Shown in pieces: positions 28,328 through 38,314 of a stretch of 64,000 nucleotides of DNA. Made by a program: the position numbers and the translations under genes. Below the pieces are notes generated by a model. The model was not told the DNA's origin and did no database searches. It saw nothing but the letters and a program-made list of their open reading frames with translations. Numbering within the stretch: the first letter of the stretch is position 1; every line of letters begins with the position of its first letter. The stretch is from the NCBI GenBank assembly GCA_963664395.2, contig OY761159.2:4512001-4576000 (forward strand), given 5' to 3'. The DNA comes from Candidatus Binatia bacterium. GTDB taxonomy: Bacteria; Desulfobacterota; Binatia; Bin18.

Positions 28328-28349
28328 AGCGGCCGGCCCGCAACAGTTT

Positions 28350-29051
28350 CTACCATTCTTCGCCAAACGGCCGGACTTCCACATTGAACGACCAGCCGGA
28401 GCGGTCTTGATGGGCCACTTGGTAGGCAGTATCGGCGATGGCGGACGGCTGAATGAAAAAATCGTTCGGCTTGTCGGGCAGCATCTTGCGCGTCCAGGCC
28501 AGATCGATCACCGCATCGATGACGATATAGGCGACATGAATGCCCTGGGGCCCCAGGGTGCGGGCCATGGACTCCGACAGGATACGCTGGGCCGCTTTGG
28601 TCGGGGCAAAACCGGCGAAACGCGGCTTCCCGCGTAAGGCCGAGGTATTCCCGGAGGATAGGATCACACCCTTGCCGGCCTCGATCATATCCGGGGCGAC
28701 GGCTCTGGCCAGATACAGCAGCCCCATCGTATTGACTTGAAAATTGTCGGACAGCGTTTTTGGTTCGATTTCGAGAAAGGTTCCGAACGCACCGCCCACC
28801 GCATTATGGATCAGGATTTCAGGCGCGCCCATTTCTTCTTTTACGCGGGCGACAGTCGCATTGACGGTGGCTTCGTCAGACACATCGCACACATAGCCGC
28901 GCGAGCCTGCGATTTCTTTTTCCAGTTGCGACAAACGCGCCTGAGTGCGGGCCAGCATGGCCACGCGATAACCGCCCTGGGCAAAGCGGCGGCTGAGCGA
29001 CGCGCCGGTTCCGGGGCCCACACCAGTAATCAAACACACAGGTCCAGCCAT
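28350..29051 (-). CDS. Short-chain dehydrogenase/reductase (atypical)
   Basis: ITGVGPGTG Rossmann motif, HNA.GG, FAGFAPTKAAQR (Phe at the YxxxK Tyr position), GIHVAYIVIDA. Confidence 0.88.
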   Translation of the reverse strand: MAGPVCLITGVGPGTGASLSRRFAQGGYRVAMLARTQARLSQLEKEIAGSRGYVCDVSDEATVNATVARVKEEMGAPEILIHNAVGGAFGTFLEIEPKTLSDNFQVNTMGLLYLARAVAPDMIEAGKGVILSSGNTSALRGKPRFAGFAPTKAAQRILSESMARTLGPQGIHVAYIVIDAVIDLAWTRKMLPDKPNDFFIQPSAIADTAYQVAHQDRSGWSFNVEVRPFGEEW

Positions 29052-29081
29052 ACCCTCTCCCTTCTCACCGTTCGTGCAGAC

Positions 29082-29144
29082 TCAGCAGATAATCCCACCA
29101 AAAGAGAGCAATAGGAATCCAGCCATTTTTATCAGCAGAGCCAT
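29082..29144 (-). CDS. Possible 20-aa hydrophobic small protein (MALLIKMAGFLLLSFGGIIC)
   Basis: GGAGG 5 nt upstream of ATG 29144; TGA at 29082..29084. Confidence 0.3.
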   Translation of the reverse strand: MALLIKMAGFLLLSFGGIIC

Positions 29145-29266
29145 ATCGGCCTCCATGCAACGTAGTGGGGAATTTCTACCGAGAAGCGCCGCACCCCGCA
29201 AGCTGCTTGTTTACGGCAGCCGGATCGAACCAGCCGCGGCTCCAGTATGGGTTGACATGAGAAGGC

Positions 29267-30679
29267 TTAGAAAATTGTGAGCCACAGCGAGTACAGCGCA
29301 AAGCTGCCGTACACCACGGACGCGATGGACATCATGATGATGGATATCGGCCCCGGTCGGGCCGAGGGCGGCAGATTGCGCAGATTCATATACAGCATCA
29401 ACGGCACGTATAGCGCCATGGTCAGGCCGCTGAGCAGGGCGGCGTTAAACAGAAAGCCCAGCCCGGTGACGGCAAAGCGCTCAAAAAACCAGGTGCTGGC
29501 CGTACCGGCGACCATAAAGAGGACGGCAAAAGGAACGTAGAGTTTGGCCTGGTCGATCTTTGCCCCAAACGGGAACGACGTACGGATAATATAGGACCAG
29601 ACGCGGGCGTTGCCGTCGACGCTTACCAACTGGGTGCTGAAGAGCGTCGCCATGCCGATCGCCAGAAAGAGATAATGCCCTGTCGCGCCCATTGAGCTCT
29701 CCAAAATGAGCGACATGTCCCAGATAATCCGCCCCTCGGCCGGGACGACGCCGCTGGGGCGTAAGACGCACAGCACCCCGAACATAAACAGGAACATGGT
29801 GAGGCTGTTCAGCCCCCAAAAGAATACGGTCTGGTCCAGGCGTATCCAGCGCAACCAACCTTTGAACGCGCGTTGGTTGGCTTCCGTTTCCGGGTAGAGA
29901 TAGCCGGTTGCTTCTTCCTCGTTCGACCCACCCCGCAGCGGGTTTTGCAGGCTCGGCATACGCGCCCCCATACCGATATTCTTGTCGCGCAAGTAAAAAG
30001 CGTACCACAGGTTACCGGCCCCGCCGGCTCCTGCGAACACCACCGCCCCGAAGAATCGACTAAAGGGGAAATCGTCCGTCAATTCGATATGACCGAAGTT
30101 CACCAGCCCGCGGGCCAGCTCGGATACGTGCTCCCAGGTTCCGACCTGAAAGGCCACAAAAATAAGCCCGAGTGTAATGAACACCACCAGGCCGATGACG
30201 ATCCGCTCCATGGCCTGATACATAACTTTGGGGCCAAAGAGCATGGCGGCAATCAACAGGAAGGTCAGGCCGGTCCACATCCAGTCCGCTCCGGGGCCGT
30301 CCGGTCCGAAAATCAGGCCCTTGAGGGCCGCGCCGGAAACCCGCGCCCAGCCGGGCAGAAGCAGGCCCGCGAAGGTCAGGAACAACAGGATATAAATGAA
30401 ACCCATCCAGGCTCGGGCAAAACCGGTATACGGCGCTTCGCCGGTGACAATGGCCCAGCGGCCAATCTCAAGATTGATCCAGAGTTGCAGAAAGACCCCA
30501 AGCGCCGCAGCCCAGGCCATGCCTGCCCCGAACTTGGCCGTAATCCACGGCCACATCACCAGTTCGCCGGCACCTATGGAAAGACCGACCAAGACAGCTC
30601 CCGGCCCGGCCAATTGCCAGAACGAGCGTGTCCGCGGTGGCAGGTCCGCAGTTTTGAGTGGAGCAATACGTGAGCCCAA
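29267..30679 (-). CDS. Nramp-like (YcsG/MntH-related) membrane transporter
   Basis: GPGAVLVGLSIGAGELVMWP; about 11 hydrophobic segments; ATLFSTQL; TTG start with AAGGAGG RBS. Confidence 0.78.
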   Translation of the reverse strand: MGSRIAPLKTADLPPRTRSFWQLAGPGAVLVGLSIGAGELVMWPWITAKFGAGMAWAAALGVFLQLWINLEIGRWAIVTGEAPYTGFARAWMGFIYILLFLTFAGLLLPGWARVSGAALKGLIFGPDGPGADWMWTGLTFLLIAAMLFGPKVMYQAMERIVIGLVVFITLGLIFVAFQVGTWEHVSELARGLVNFGHIELTDDFPFSRFFGAVVFAGAGGAGNLWYAFYLRDKNIGMGARMPSLQNPLRGGSNEEEATGYLYPETEANQRAFKGWLRWIRLDQTVFFWGLNSLTMFLFMFGVLCVLRPSGVVPAEGRIIWDMSLILESSMGATGHYLFLAIGMATLFSTQLVSVDGNARVWSYIIRTSFPFGAKIDQAKLYVPFAVLFMVAGTASTWFFERFAVTGLGFLFNAALLSGLTMALYVPLMLYMNLRNLPPSARPGPISIIMMSIASVVYGSFALYSLWLTIF

Positions 30680-30884
30680 GCCGCCCTCCTTGCGGTCAGG
30701 GATTGTAGGGGGGATAGTTCAGAAGGACAACTAGCCACGCCATTTTTGTGGGCGGTCGTCAGTAAGAACCGAAGGGTATATATTTCGTAAAATCCGCCCC
30801 CTCCTTATAAGTAAAAGAGGAGGTTCGGCTCGACCATTAGGTGAAACCGTACGCTAGGAAGCACGAGGGGAAAGGGAGGCCAGC

Positions 30885-32111
30885 ATGGACCTCATTCTCA
30901 GAAAAGGACGCATTGCCGGACAGGATGAGCAAACGACCGTTGATATTGGTGTCCAGAATGGCCGCATCGCAGCCATAGAATCCAATCTGTCAGCCGAAGG
31001 GCGTGAGCTTGACCTGCAGGGTCGTTTAGTCGCACCCGGTTTCATTGAAACCCATATCCATTTGGACAAGTCCTGCATCCTCGATCGCTGCCAGTCGGCC
31101 GAAGGGAATCTGGAGGAAGTCCTGGCCCAAGTCACGGCAGCCAAACAGGCGTTCACTGCGGAAGACGTACATCAGCGGGCAGCCCGCACCCTGGAAAAAT
31201 GTATACTGCACGGTACCACCCATATACGCACCCACCTTGAGGTTGACCCAGGTATCGGGCTGCGTGGCCTCGACGGCGTGCTGCCCCTTATCCAGGAATA
31301 TAAATGGGCGCTGGACCTTGAGGTGTGTGTCTTTCCGCAAGAAGGACTGCTCAACAATCCAGGGACCGATGACCTCTTGGTTGCCGCACTCAATCAGGGT
31401 GCACATGTTATTGGTGCCGCGCCCTATACGGACACCGATCCACACGGTCAGATAGATCGCATCTTTGAACTGGCGCGTGAGTTCAACGTTGCTATCGATA
31501 TGCATTTGGACTTCGGCCACACTTCGGACGAGATGGATATTGAGTATGTGTGCGATCTCACCGAAAAGTTCGGCTATGGGGGCCGGGTCACGGTCGGCCA
31601 TGTGACCAAACTGTCAACAATTGCTCCGGAGCGGTTTTCCGCCATCGCTCAACGCTTGGCAAATGTTGGCGTAGCGGTCACTGTGCTGCCATCAACCGAT
31701 CTGTATCTGATGGGTCGTCACCAGGATCACAATATCATTCGTGGCGTTACCCCGGTGCATAAACTCATACAGCAGGGCGTGACCTGTTCACTCTCGACCA
31801 ATAATGTTCTCAATCCCTTCACGCCGTTTGGCGACTGTTCGTTGATTCGCATGGCCAACCTGTATGCCAATATCTGCCAGGTGGATAATCAGGAGGAAGT
31901 TCGAGCCTGCTTTGATATGGTCACTCAATGTTCAGCCCAAATACTGGGACTCGCAGACTATGGCGTGGAGGTAGGAAAAGCAGCCGATCTGGTTGTCCTG
32001 GACTGTACGGCTCCTGAGACCGCGGTAGCAGAAGTGGCAGCCCCACTGTACGGCTTCAAACGTGGCCGGCAGACCTTCACCAGAAAACCGGCCGAACTGC
32101 ATCGGCCTTGA
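30885..32111 (+). CDS. Cytosine/creatinine deaminase-like amidohydrolase
   Basis: PGFIETHIHLDKS, HGTT.IRTH, FPQEG, DMHLD, GH.T, NNVLNPFTPFGD. Confidence 0.87.
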   Translation: MDLILRKGRIAGQDEQTTVDIGVQNGRIAAIESNLSAEGRELDLQGRLVAPGFIETHIHLDKSCILDRCQSAEGNLEEVLAQVTAAKQAFTAEDVHQRAARTLEKCILHGTTHIRTHLEVDPGIGLRGLDGVLPLIQEYKWALDLEVCVFPQEGLLNNPGTDDLLVAALNQGAHVIGAAPYTDTDPHGQIDRIFELAREFNVAIDMHLDFGHTSDEMDIEYVCDLTEKFGYGGRVTVGHVTKLSTIAPERFSAIAQRLANVGVAVTVLPSTDLYLMGRHQDHNIIRGVTPVHKLIQQGVTCSLSTNNVLNPFTPFGDCSLIRMANLYANICQVDNQEEVRACFDMVTQCSAQILGLADYGVEVGKAADLVVLDCTAPETAVAEVAAPLYGFKRGRQTFTRKPAELHRP

Positions 32112-32118
32112 GTCCACA

Positions 32119-33294
32119 ATGCACGACCCCTTAGGCGCATTCTGTCGTCACACCCACGTCACGCTTAGCGGTTCGGAGACAGGGCCGCTCGCGGGTCTGT
32201 CTCTTGCGGTCAAAGACGTCTTCCATATCAAAGGGCAGCGGACGGGAGCCGGCAATCCTGACTGGCTACGCACCCATCCCGCAGCCGAGACAACCGCTCC
32301 TGCGGTGCAACGTTTACTCGATGCCGGCGCCCATATTGTGGGCAAAACGCACACGGATGAACTGGCTTACAGTCTCAATGGTGAAAATGTCCACTACGGC
32401 ACGCCGGTGAATCCGAACGCAGTGGGCCGTATCCCAGGCGGATCTTCCAGTGGCTCGGCGGCTGCGGTCGCTGGCGGTCTGGTGGATTTTGCCATTGGAA
32501 CTGATTGTGGCGGTTCGGTGCGTTTACCCGCCAGCTACGCTGGGATATTTGGTTTTCGACCGACTCACGGTCGTATTCCGCTCGACGGGATCGTCCCACT
32601 CGCATCAAGCTTTGACACGGTTGGCTGGTTTACCCGAGACGCGCGGCTCTTGGAAAAGGGCGGGCGTGTGCTCCTGGACGACCAGACCGACGCTCGGCCT
32701 CCACGCCAACTGCTCTTCGCCTCAGACGCATTTACTCTAGCGGACGGTGCGGTCACCGCAGCACTCCAATCCGCAGTCAACAAGATCAGCACAGCGATCG
32801 GTCCGGCCCAGCCCGTAACGGTCAGCCCTGAAGGACTCCCGGAATGGATGCAGCTTTTCCGTGTCCTTCAAGGTGCGGAGATCTGGGCCAATCACGGCGC
32901 TTGGATTCGAGAGGTTCAACCCGCTTTCGGGCCGGGGATTCATGAACGTTTCGAGTGGACGGCAACAATTCCGCAAGCGACTGTAGACAGTGCCAAGGAA
33001 AAACGAGCGCAGGTCGCAGCTCGGATGGAGGCCTTACTCGGAGAGGATACCGTCTTATGTCTCCCTACCGCACCTGGCATTGCTCCGCTTCGGAACACGC
33101 CTGCGGATGAGTTGGAGACGTTTCGGGCTCAGGCGCTGAGTCTCTTATGTATCGCCGGCCTGGCCCGTCTACCTCAAGTCAACCTGCCATTGGGTAGTCT
33201 TGATTGTTGCCCGATTGGCTTATCCCTCATTGGGCCACGCGGGGCGGATGTATTGCTGCTACAGCTCGCAGCAAGTTTGTCCCATAGATCGTGA
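32119..33294 (+). CDS. Amidase signature family protein
   Basis: GPLAGL..AVKD, GKTHTDELAYS, PGGSSSGSA, GTDCGGSVRLPA; start trimmed to MHDPLGAF. Confidence 0.92.
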   Translation: MHDPLGAFCRHTHVTLSGSETGPLAGLSLAVKDVFHIKGQRTGAGNPDWLRTHPAAETTAPAVQRLLDAGAHIVGKTHTDELAYSLNGENVHYGTPVNPNAVGRIPGGSSSGSAAAVAGGLVDFAIGTDCGGSVRLPASYAGIFGFRPTHGRIPLDGIVPLASSFDTVGWFTRDARLLEKGGRVLLDDQTDARPPRQLLFASDAFTLADGAVTAALQSAVNKISTAIGPAQPVTVSPEGLPEWMQLFRVLQGAEIWANHGAWIREVQPAFGPGIHERFEWTATIPQATVDSAKEKRAQVAARMEALLGEDTVLCLPTAPGIAPLRNTPADELETFRAQALSLLCIAGLARLPQVNLPLGSLDCCPIGLSLIGPRGADVLLLQLAASLSHRS

Positions 33295-33376
33295 AGGATA
33301 CTTTCGGTATGAAGCTGAGAATATGTGAGAGGAAAAACAGGCCTTTTCTTTTCTCACATCGCCAAAGGACAACACC

Positions 33377-34438
33377 ATGCGTTTCGGCACTTATTATTTT
33401 CTTCAGGCTCCGCCGGGCAGTTCACACGAAGAGGTTATTCATCGGGAGTTTGCGCAGATTCTGCTCAGCGAAGAACTCGGCTACGATAGTGTCTGGCTGA
33501 CCGAGCACCATTTTATTGAGTATGGCATTTCAACCAGCCCGATGGCTCTGGCGTCTGCTATTGCCGCGCGGACTGAACGGATCAACATCGGACTGGCCGC
33601 TGTTATCCTGCCCTTTCATGATCCGATTCGACTGGCAGAAGAAATTGCCTTTGTCGATATTCTGAGTCGGGGCCGGCTGCGCATCGGGATTGGGCGGGGG
33701 AATCGCCCGGTTGAATTTTTCGGCTACCGGGTTCCGCAGATAGAAAGCCGGGAGCGCTTTAGCGAGACCGTAGACATCATGCTCCAAGCCTGGACGCAAG
33801 AGCGCGTCTCCTATCACGGCAAGTTCTTCAGCATTGAAAACATTCCGGTCATCCCCAAGCCCTACCAGAAACCACATCCGCCGCTGTCACTCGTCTGCGT
33901 CAGTCCCGAGACCATGCAACTGGCGGCCCGACGTGGCTGGTCCATGCTGAATTCCATTCTGTTCGGTCCGTTCAGTCAAATTGAACACAATCGGGATATC
34001 TATACTGCAGCCCTGCGTGAAGCCGGGCAGTCTGAGACCGCCATCCAGGCGGCCCTCCGTTCCTGGGGTGTGTCGCGCCATATCTATGTTGCGCCGACAG
34101 ACGCTCAGGCCCTACGCGAAGCCCAAGAAGCGGAGCTGTGGTATCAACAATCCCTGGCCCGCTTTCTCGTACCCGAGCATATTGAGGCAGCCCCGCCTTC
34201 CCTACAGCCACAGTTTCGCGCCCTGGCCGAGCGTTTGGCCACCATCACCTGGGAGCAGCTTGTAGCAGAAACCGTGCTGTTCGGCTCGCCTGAGCGGGTT
34301 GCAGACCGGGTGTGTGAAATGGAAGCGGCCGGGGTGGGCGAGCTGCTGTGCTGGATGAATTTCGGGGGGCTGCCGCAAGACCGAGTTGAACGCTCCATGC
34401 GTTTATTTGCGGAGAAAGTCATGCCACGTTTTCGTTAG
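33377..34438 (+). CDS. Luciferase-like (LLM) flavin-dependent oxidoreductase
   Basis: EELGYDSVWLTEHHF, PIRLAEE...DILSRGRL..GIGRG, PKPYQKPHPP, SMRLFAEKVMP. Confidence 0.92.
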   Translation: MRFGTYYFLQAPPGSSHEEVIHREFAQILLSEELGYDSVWLTEHHFIEYGISTSPMALASAIAARTERINIGLAAVILPFHDPIRLAEEIAFVDILSRGRLRIGIGRGNRPVEFFGYRVPQIESRERFSETVDIMLQAWTQERVSYHGKFFSIENIPVIPKPYQKPHPPLSLVCVSPETMQLAARRGWSMLNSILFGPFSQIEHNRDIYTAALREAGQSETAIQAALRSWGVSRHIYVAPTDAQALREAQEAELWYQQSLARFLVPEHIEAAPPSLQPQFRALAERLATITWEQLVAETVLFGSPERVADRVCEMEAAGVGELLCWMNFGGLPQDRVERSMRLFAEKVMPRFR

Positions 34439-34638
34439 CGCCTACTGAACGATTCGGTTAAAGAGTATTGCGCTTGCTCTTTCCCACCTATTTTCCTAAG
34501 CTTCATTGAAAAGGAAGAGGCAACAGCGAGCAGTATCGCTCTGAAAGGAGGGACGGACCAGGAGACGTATTAACGATACAGGACGAGAGATCATGCGACG
34601 CTTCACAGCAGTCTGAACACTCATAATAAGGAGGCTCT

Positions 34639-35547
34639 ATGGGCAGAGTACAAGTACCAGACGGCAAAAAGATGGCGTGCTGTTTTTGTTTCGATATCGA
34701 TGCCTTGGCCTTATGGCTGGGGTTTTTCCGCTCTCCGACCGCCAATACCCTGTCGCGCGGAGAATTCGGCCCTCGGGTGGCCATGCCGCGTATCCTGGAC
34801 ATCCTCGATAAATATTCCATCAAAGCCACCTTCTTTACCCCCGGTCACAGCGCCAAACTTTTTCAGGATGTGGTGCAGGAGGCGCATCGTCGGGGCCACG
34901 AAATTGCGGCCCATAGCATGTACCACCAACCCTCCGAGGTTGGCCTGGCCATGAGCGGGGTCGAGCCGGCCTCGCCGGAAAAGCAACGCATCTATCTCGA
35001 ACAACAGATTGAGCTGTTGGAAAAAACCGTAGGCGAACGGCCTATCGGTTTTCGCTCGCCCATTGGAGACTGGTTGGGCGAGCATATCCCCCAGCATCTG
35101 ATCGACCTGGGGTTTGTGTATGACAGCAGTTTGCAGGGACATGATTTTTTGCCCTATCGGCTACGGATTGGCGATACGATCCAGACCGAGGAACCCTTTG
35201 ACGTTACCTGGGGGCAGCCTTCGAAGTTGCTGGAGATTCCCCTGCACTGGGATACCAATGACTTCGCTCAGTTCGAATTCATGGGCTATTATCTCGATCC
35301 CAAAAATCCCTGGTTCAATCCGGCCCCTTTCCACACCCCTTCCCAGTCCAAGGAAATTTTCACGTCGAGTTTCGACTATTGTTATGAACACGTCCCGGGT
35401 GGGATATGGAACACGATTCTCCACCCGCAGTGCTGCGGACGGGATTTCAAACCGGCGTGGCTGGAAAGCGTGATCCAACACGTCTACGCCAAGCCCGGTG
35501 TCTGGTTCACAACCATGCGCGAGGCGGCCGCGGCGTGGCAGGATTAG
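34639..35547 (+). CDS. Polysaccharide deacetylase/CE4 (PgdA-like), cytoplasmic
   Basis: CFDIDA, SRGEFG, ATFFTPG, HEIAAHSMYH, GFRSP, YDSSL, LHPQ. Confidence 0.87.
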   Translation: MGRVQVPDGKKMACCFCFDIDALALWLGFFRSPTANTLSRGEFGPRVAMPRILDILDKYSIKATFFTPGHSAKLFQDVVQEAHRRGHEIAAHSMYHQPSEVGLAMSGVEPASPEKQRIYLEQQIELLEKTVGERPIGFRSPIGDWLGEHIPQHLIDLGFVYDSSLQGHDFLPYRLRIGDTIQTEEPFDVTWGQPSKLLEIPLHWDTNDFAQFEFMGYYLDPKNPWFNPAPFHTPSQSKEIFTSSFDYCYEHVPGGIWNTILHPQCCGRDFKPAWLESVIQHVYAKPGVWFTTMREAAAAWQD

Positions 35548-35568
35548 AGGATGAGGAAACGAGAGGAA

Positions 35569-35602
35569 CCCTCACCCTACTCCTCTCTCAGGGGGAGAGG
35601 GA
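35569..35602. repeat. Degenerate REP-like palindrome (CCCTCACCC family)
   Basis: ccctcaccctactcctctctcagggggagaggga. Confidence 0.6.
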
Positions 35603-35642
35603 AAGAGGGACAGAGCATCTGACTGGGCAATAAGGGGGCCAT

Positions 35643-36632
35643 ATGCGAATCTTCATATCGGTGGATATGGAAGGCATTTCCGGAGTGGAAACTGTAGAGG
35701 AGGTTTTTCAGGGTCTGCCGGGCTATAAAACCTTTCGACAGATTATGGCCGGTGACGTGAATGCGGCCGTTCAAGGCGCTATTGAAGGCGGAGCGTCCGA
35801 CATCGTGGTCTCGGATTCGCATGGCTATATGTGCAATATCCGACCCAAAGACGTGCATCCCAAAGCCACCCTGAAGTCTGGTATGAAGCGTGATTTATGC
35901 CAGTTCAAAGGCTTCAACCCCAGCTTTGATGGGGCCCTGTTTATCGGCTATCACTCGAAAGCCGGAACTCAAGACGGCATCCTCAGCCATACCTGGATTC
36001 CGGCCTTTCAGGATGTGCGGATAAACGGCCTGTCGGTTGGGGAGTATGGTCTGAACGGCTTTTTGGTCAGCAGCTTCGGCGTGCCTATTCTGATGCTGTC
36101 GGGCGACGACAAAACCATCGAGCAGGCCCGGCCGCTGCTCGGTGACATCGAATATGTCGAGGTCAAAAAATCGCTCGGCTATTTTAAGGGCCAGCATCTT
36201 CCCCTGAGAGAGAGCCATGCCCGTATTCGCGAGGGCGCACGACGCGCCCTTCAGAGATTCGCCAAGCGGAAACCGCCGACTCTGGATATCGCCTTACCTG
36301 TCACCGTTGAATTGGATCTCTGCCACGAGGCGAACGCCTTGGTGACCGACATGGAGCAGGAGAATCGACGCTTTGTCGATGATGACACACAGCGCGGGAT
36401 GAGCGACGCCGATCTGATCACGCACTATGCGCCCGTCGAACGGCGTGGGGCGGAGACGGTCGCGTATGTGTGTAACCGCTATGTCGATGCCTATAATACC
36501 CTGTTTACTATTATGACTCACTTTTACGAACGCGATGTTGAATGGCTGATCGAAGAGGTTGCCAAACCGGAGGAATACCGCCGCAACTTACAGCCGCTCA
36601 TTGCCGGCAGTCCGTTGAATTTCATGCAATAG
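35643..36632 (+). CDS. dppA: M55 family D-aminopeptidase (DppA-like) with C-terminal extension
   Basis: IFISVDMEGISG, DSHG, FIGYHSKAG...LSHT, GE.GLN, SGDD. Confidence 0.85.
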   Translation: MRIFISVDMEGISGVETVEEVFQGLPGYKTFRQIMAGDVNAAVQGAIEGGASDIVVSDSHGYMCNIRPKDVHPKATLKSGMKRDLCQFKGFNPSFDGALFIGYHSKAGTQDGILSHTWIPAFQDVRINGLSVGEYGLNGFLVSSFGVPILMLSGDDKTIEQARPLLGDIEYVEVKKSLGYFKGQHLPLRESHARIREGARRALQRFAKRKPPTLDIALPVTVELDLCHEANALVTDMEQENRRFVDDDTQRGMSDADLITHYAPVERRGAETVAYVCNRYVDAYNTLFTIMTHFYERDVEWLIEEVAKPEEYRRNLQPLIAGSPLNFMQ

Positions 36633-36897
36633 GAACCTGTGGGCCGAACAGATGGACGTGCCTAAAAAGATAATCAACGGTCGTGACAGTATTTGCACAT
36701 AAGCATATTGTTCGATTTTCGAGGACCACTCCTATAGGCATACCTACAAATGATTTTGCTATCGGACAGGATATTGATGTTAGGGGAGAGAGTCGTATAT
36801 GTGTAGTGGTTACAAAATTGTCGCGAAGTAAGGATAGAAAAGCGCAAAGTCCGCGCCATTGTGCCTAAAACCCCTCACCCAATACTAAGACGAAAAA

Positions 36898-37822
36898 GTG
36901 CAAATCGTCTCGGTCATCAATTACAAGGGCGGCGTGGGCAAAACCACGCTGACGGCCAGCCTCGCAGCGGAACTTGCTTTCCGAGGCAAGCGCGTCCTGT
37001 TGCTAGACATGGACGCGCAGTGCAGTCTGACTTTTTCATTTGTCACGCCTGACTACTGGCGGGACGAACTCGGCGGAGACGGCACCACTGGCAGCGACAA
37101 AACCATTAAAAGCTGGTTCGACGGAATCGGCGATGATGACTTGGAGACCCCAGAATTGGGCAGCTTGATCGTGCCGAATTTGAAAGTGGCGGAGTCTCTG
37201 CAATGGCGGCAAGATTGACTTGATTCCATCCCATCTGGGGCTAATCAACGTCGACCTTGACTTGGCTTATATGCTGAGCGGCGTCCCTCCGGGTCGAGTG
37301 AAGCGTCAGCTCGCCAAGGTCTATGGGCTGTTGCGGTCCCATCTCGGCAAGTACGTAGCTGAAGCTAAGTATGACATTGTGCTGATTGACTGTCCTCCGA
37401 ATTTCAACATCGTCACGAAAAACGCGATCGTGGCAAGTGACGGTATTTTGATCCCCGCCAAGCCAGACTACTTGTCCACGTTGGGAATCGACTATCTTGT
37501 GCGTAGCTACGGAAATCTCGTGAAAGAATTCAATACGGGGTCGGGAAGCGATGATATTCATCCAGAGATTTTGGGTGTGGTATTTACCATGATCCAGATT
37601 CATGGGGGGCAGCCCATCAGAGCACAACGAGACTATATGCAGCCAAGCAACATTTCCGTCTTTTCCTCGCAAATCCGGGAGAACAAGACCATCTTTGCCA
37701 GCGCTCCAGAGGACGGAATTCCTGTTGTTTTGCGCGGTTACAAGCAGCCCACGTATTCCAATATTGTCTCGGAAATCGAGTCCCTAGCCGCAGAGTTCTG
37801 CAAAAAAGCGGGGGTAAAATGA
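36898..37822 (+). pseudogene. ParA/Soj family ATPase split by a frameshift near 37201
   Basis: Walker [11 protein letters not shown] in 36898..37218; shifting frame gives a continuous [18 protein letters not shown]...LIDCPPN..PDYLS..G in the second frame. Confidence 0.82.
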
Positions 37823-38232
37823 GTGCACAACAATCGGCGCTCGGCAATCTGCTCGCCGATGTCGCCAAGGCGGTACGGGATATGTCCGACGACGAATTCG
37901 AAAAATTGGTCAGAGGCGAGTTGCGCCCCGCCATCTCCTTCAAGGAACGTGGCAGTGGCATCAAGGGTCGTACGCCTTCTCTTGTCCTTTCGGAGGAACA
38001 ACTGCACAGCATTCAGAAGAAGTTGGATGCGGCCCGAACTCGCGAGGAGGGCCATCGGATCGTGCAAGAGGCATTTCCGATGAAGGAAGGTTTGTTTACT
38101 TTCGCCAAATTTCTGGACTTACCGATCCTGAAAAAGGACAAAGCCGAAAGGATTCGGGACAAAATCGTGACATCCACGGTGGGCCGGCGGCTTAGCAGCG
38201 AGGCCATACGTGGCGGCTACTCTGCCCAATAG
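37819..38232 (+). CDS. Hypothetical protein translationally coupled to ParA
   Basis: ATGA-type overlap with the ParA stop; 137 aa, helical and basic. Confidence 0.7.
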   Translation: MSAQQSALGNLLADVAKAVRDMSDDEFEKLVRGELRPAISFKERGSGIKGRTPSLVLSEEQLHSIQKKLDAARTREEGHRIVQEAFPMKEGLFTFAKFLDLPILKKDKAERIRDKIVTSTVGRRLSSEAIRGGYSAQ

Positions 38233-38314
38233 TTAGGCTCAGGCGTGTTTGCACTGCAATTCTCCCCCGCAGAACTAGAGTCTTGACGACACCGCAGGTA
38301 CTGGGCCCAGATTC

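Noticed and set aside
34440-34638. Purine-rich 200-bp leader as a possible riboswitch (glycine or guanidine-II)
   Set aside because: Could not match the conserved cores by eye; an Rfam/Infernal scan would be needed.
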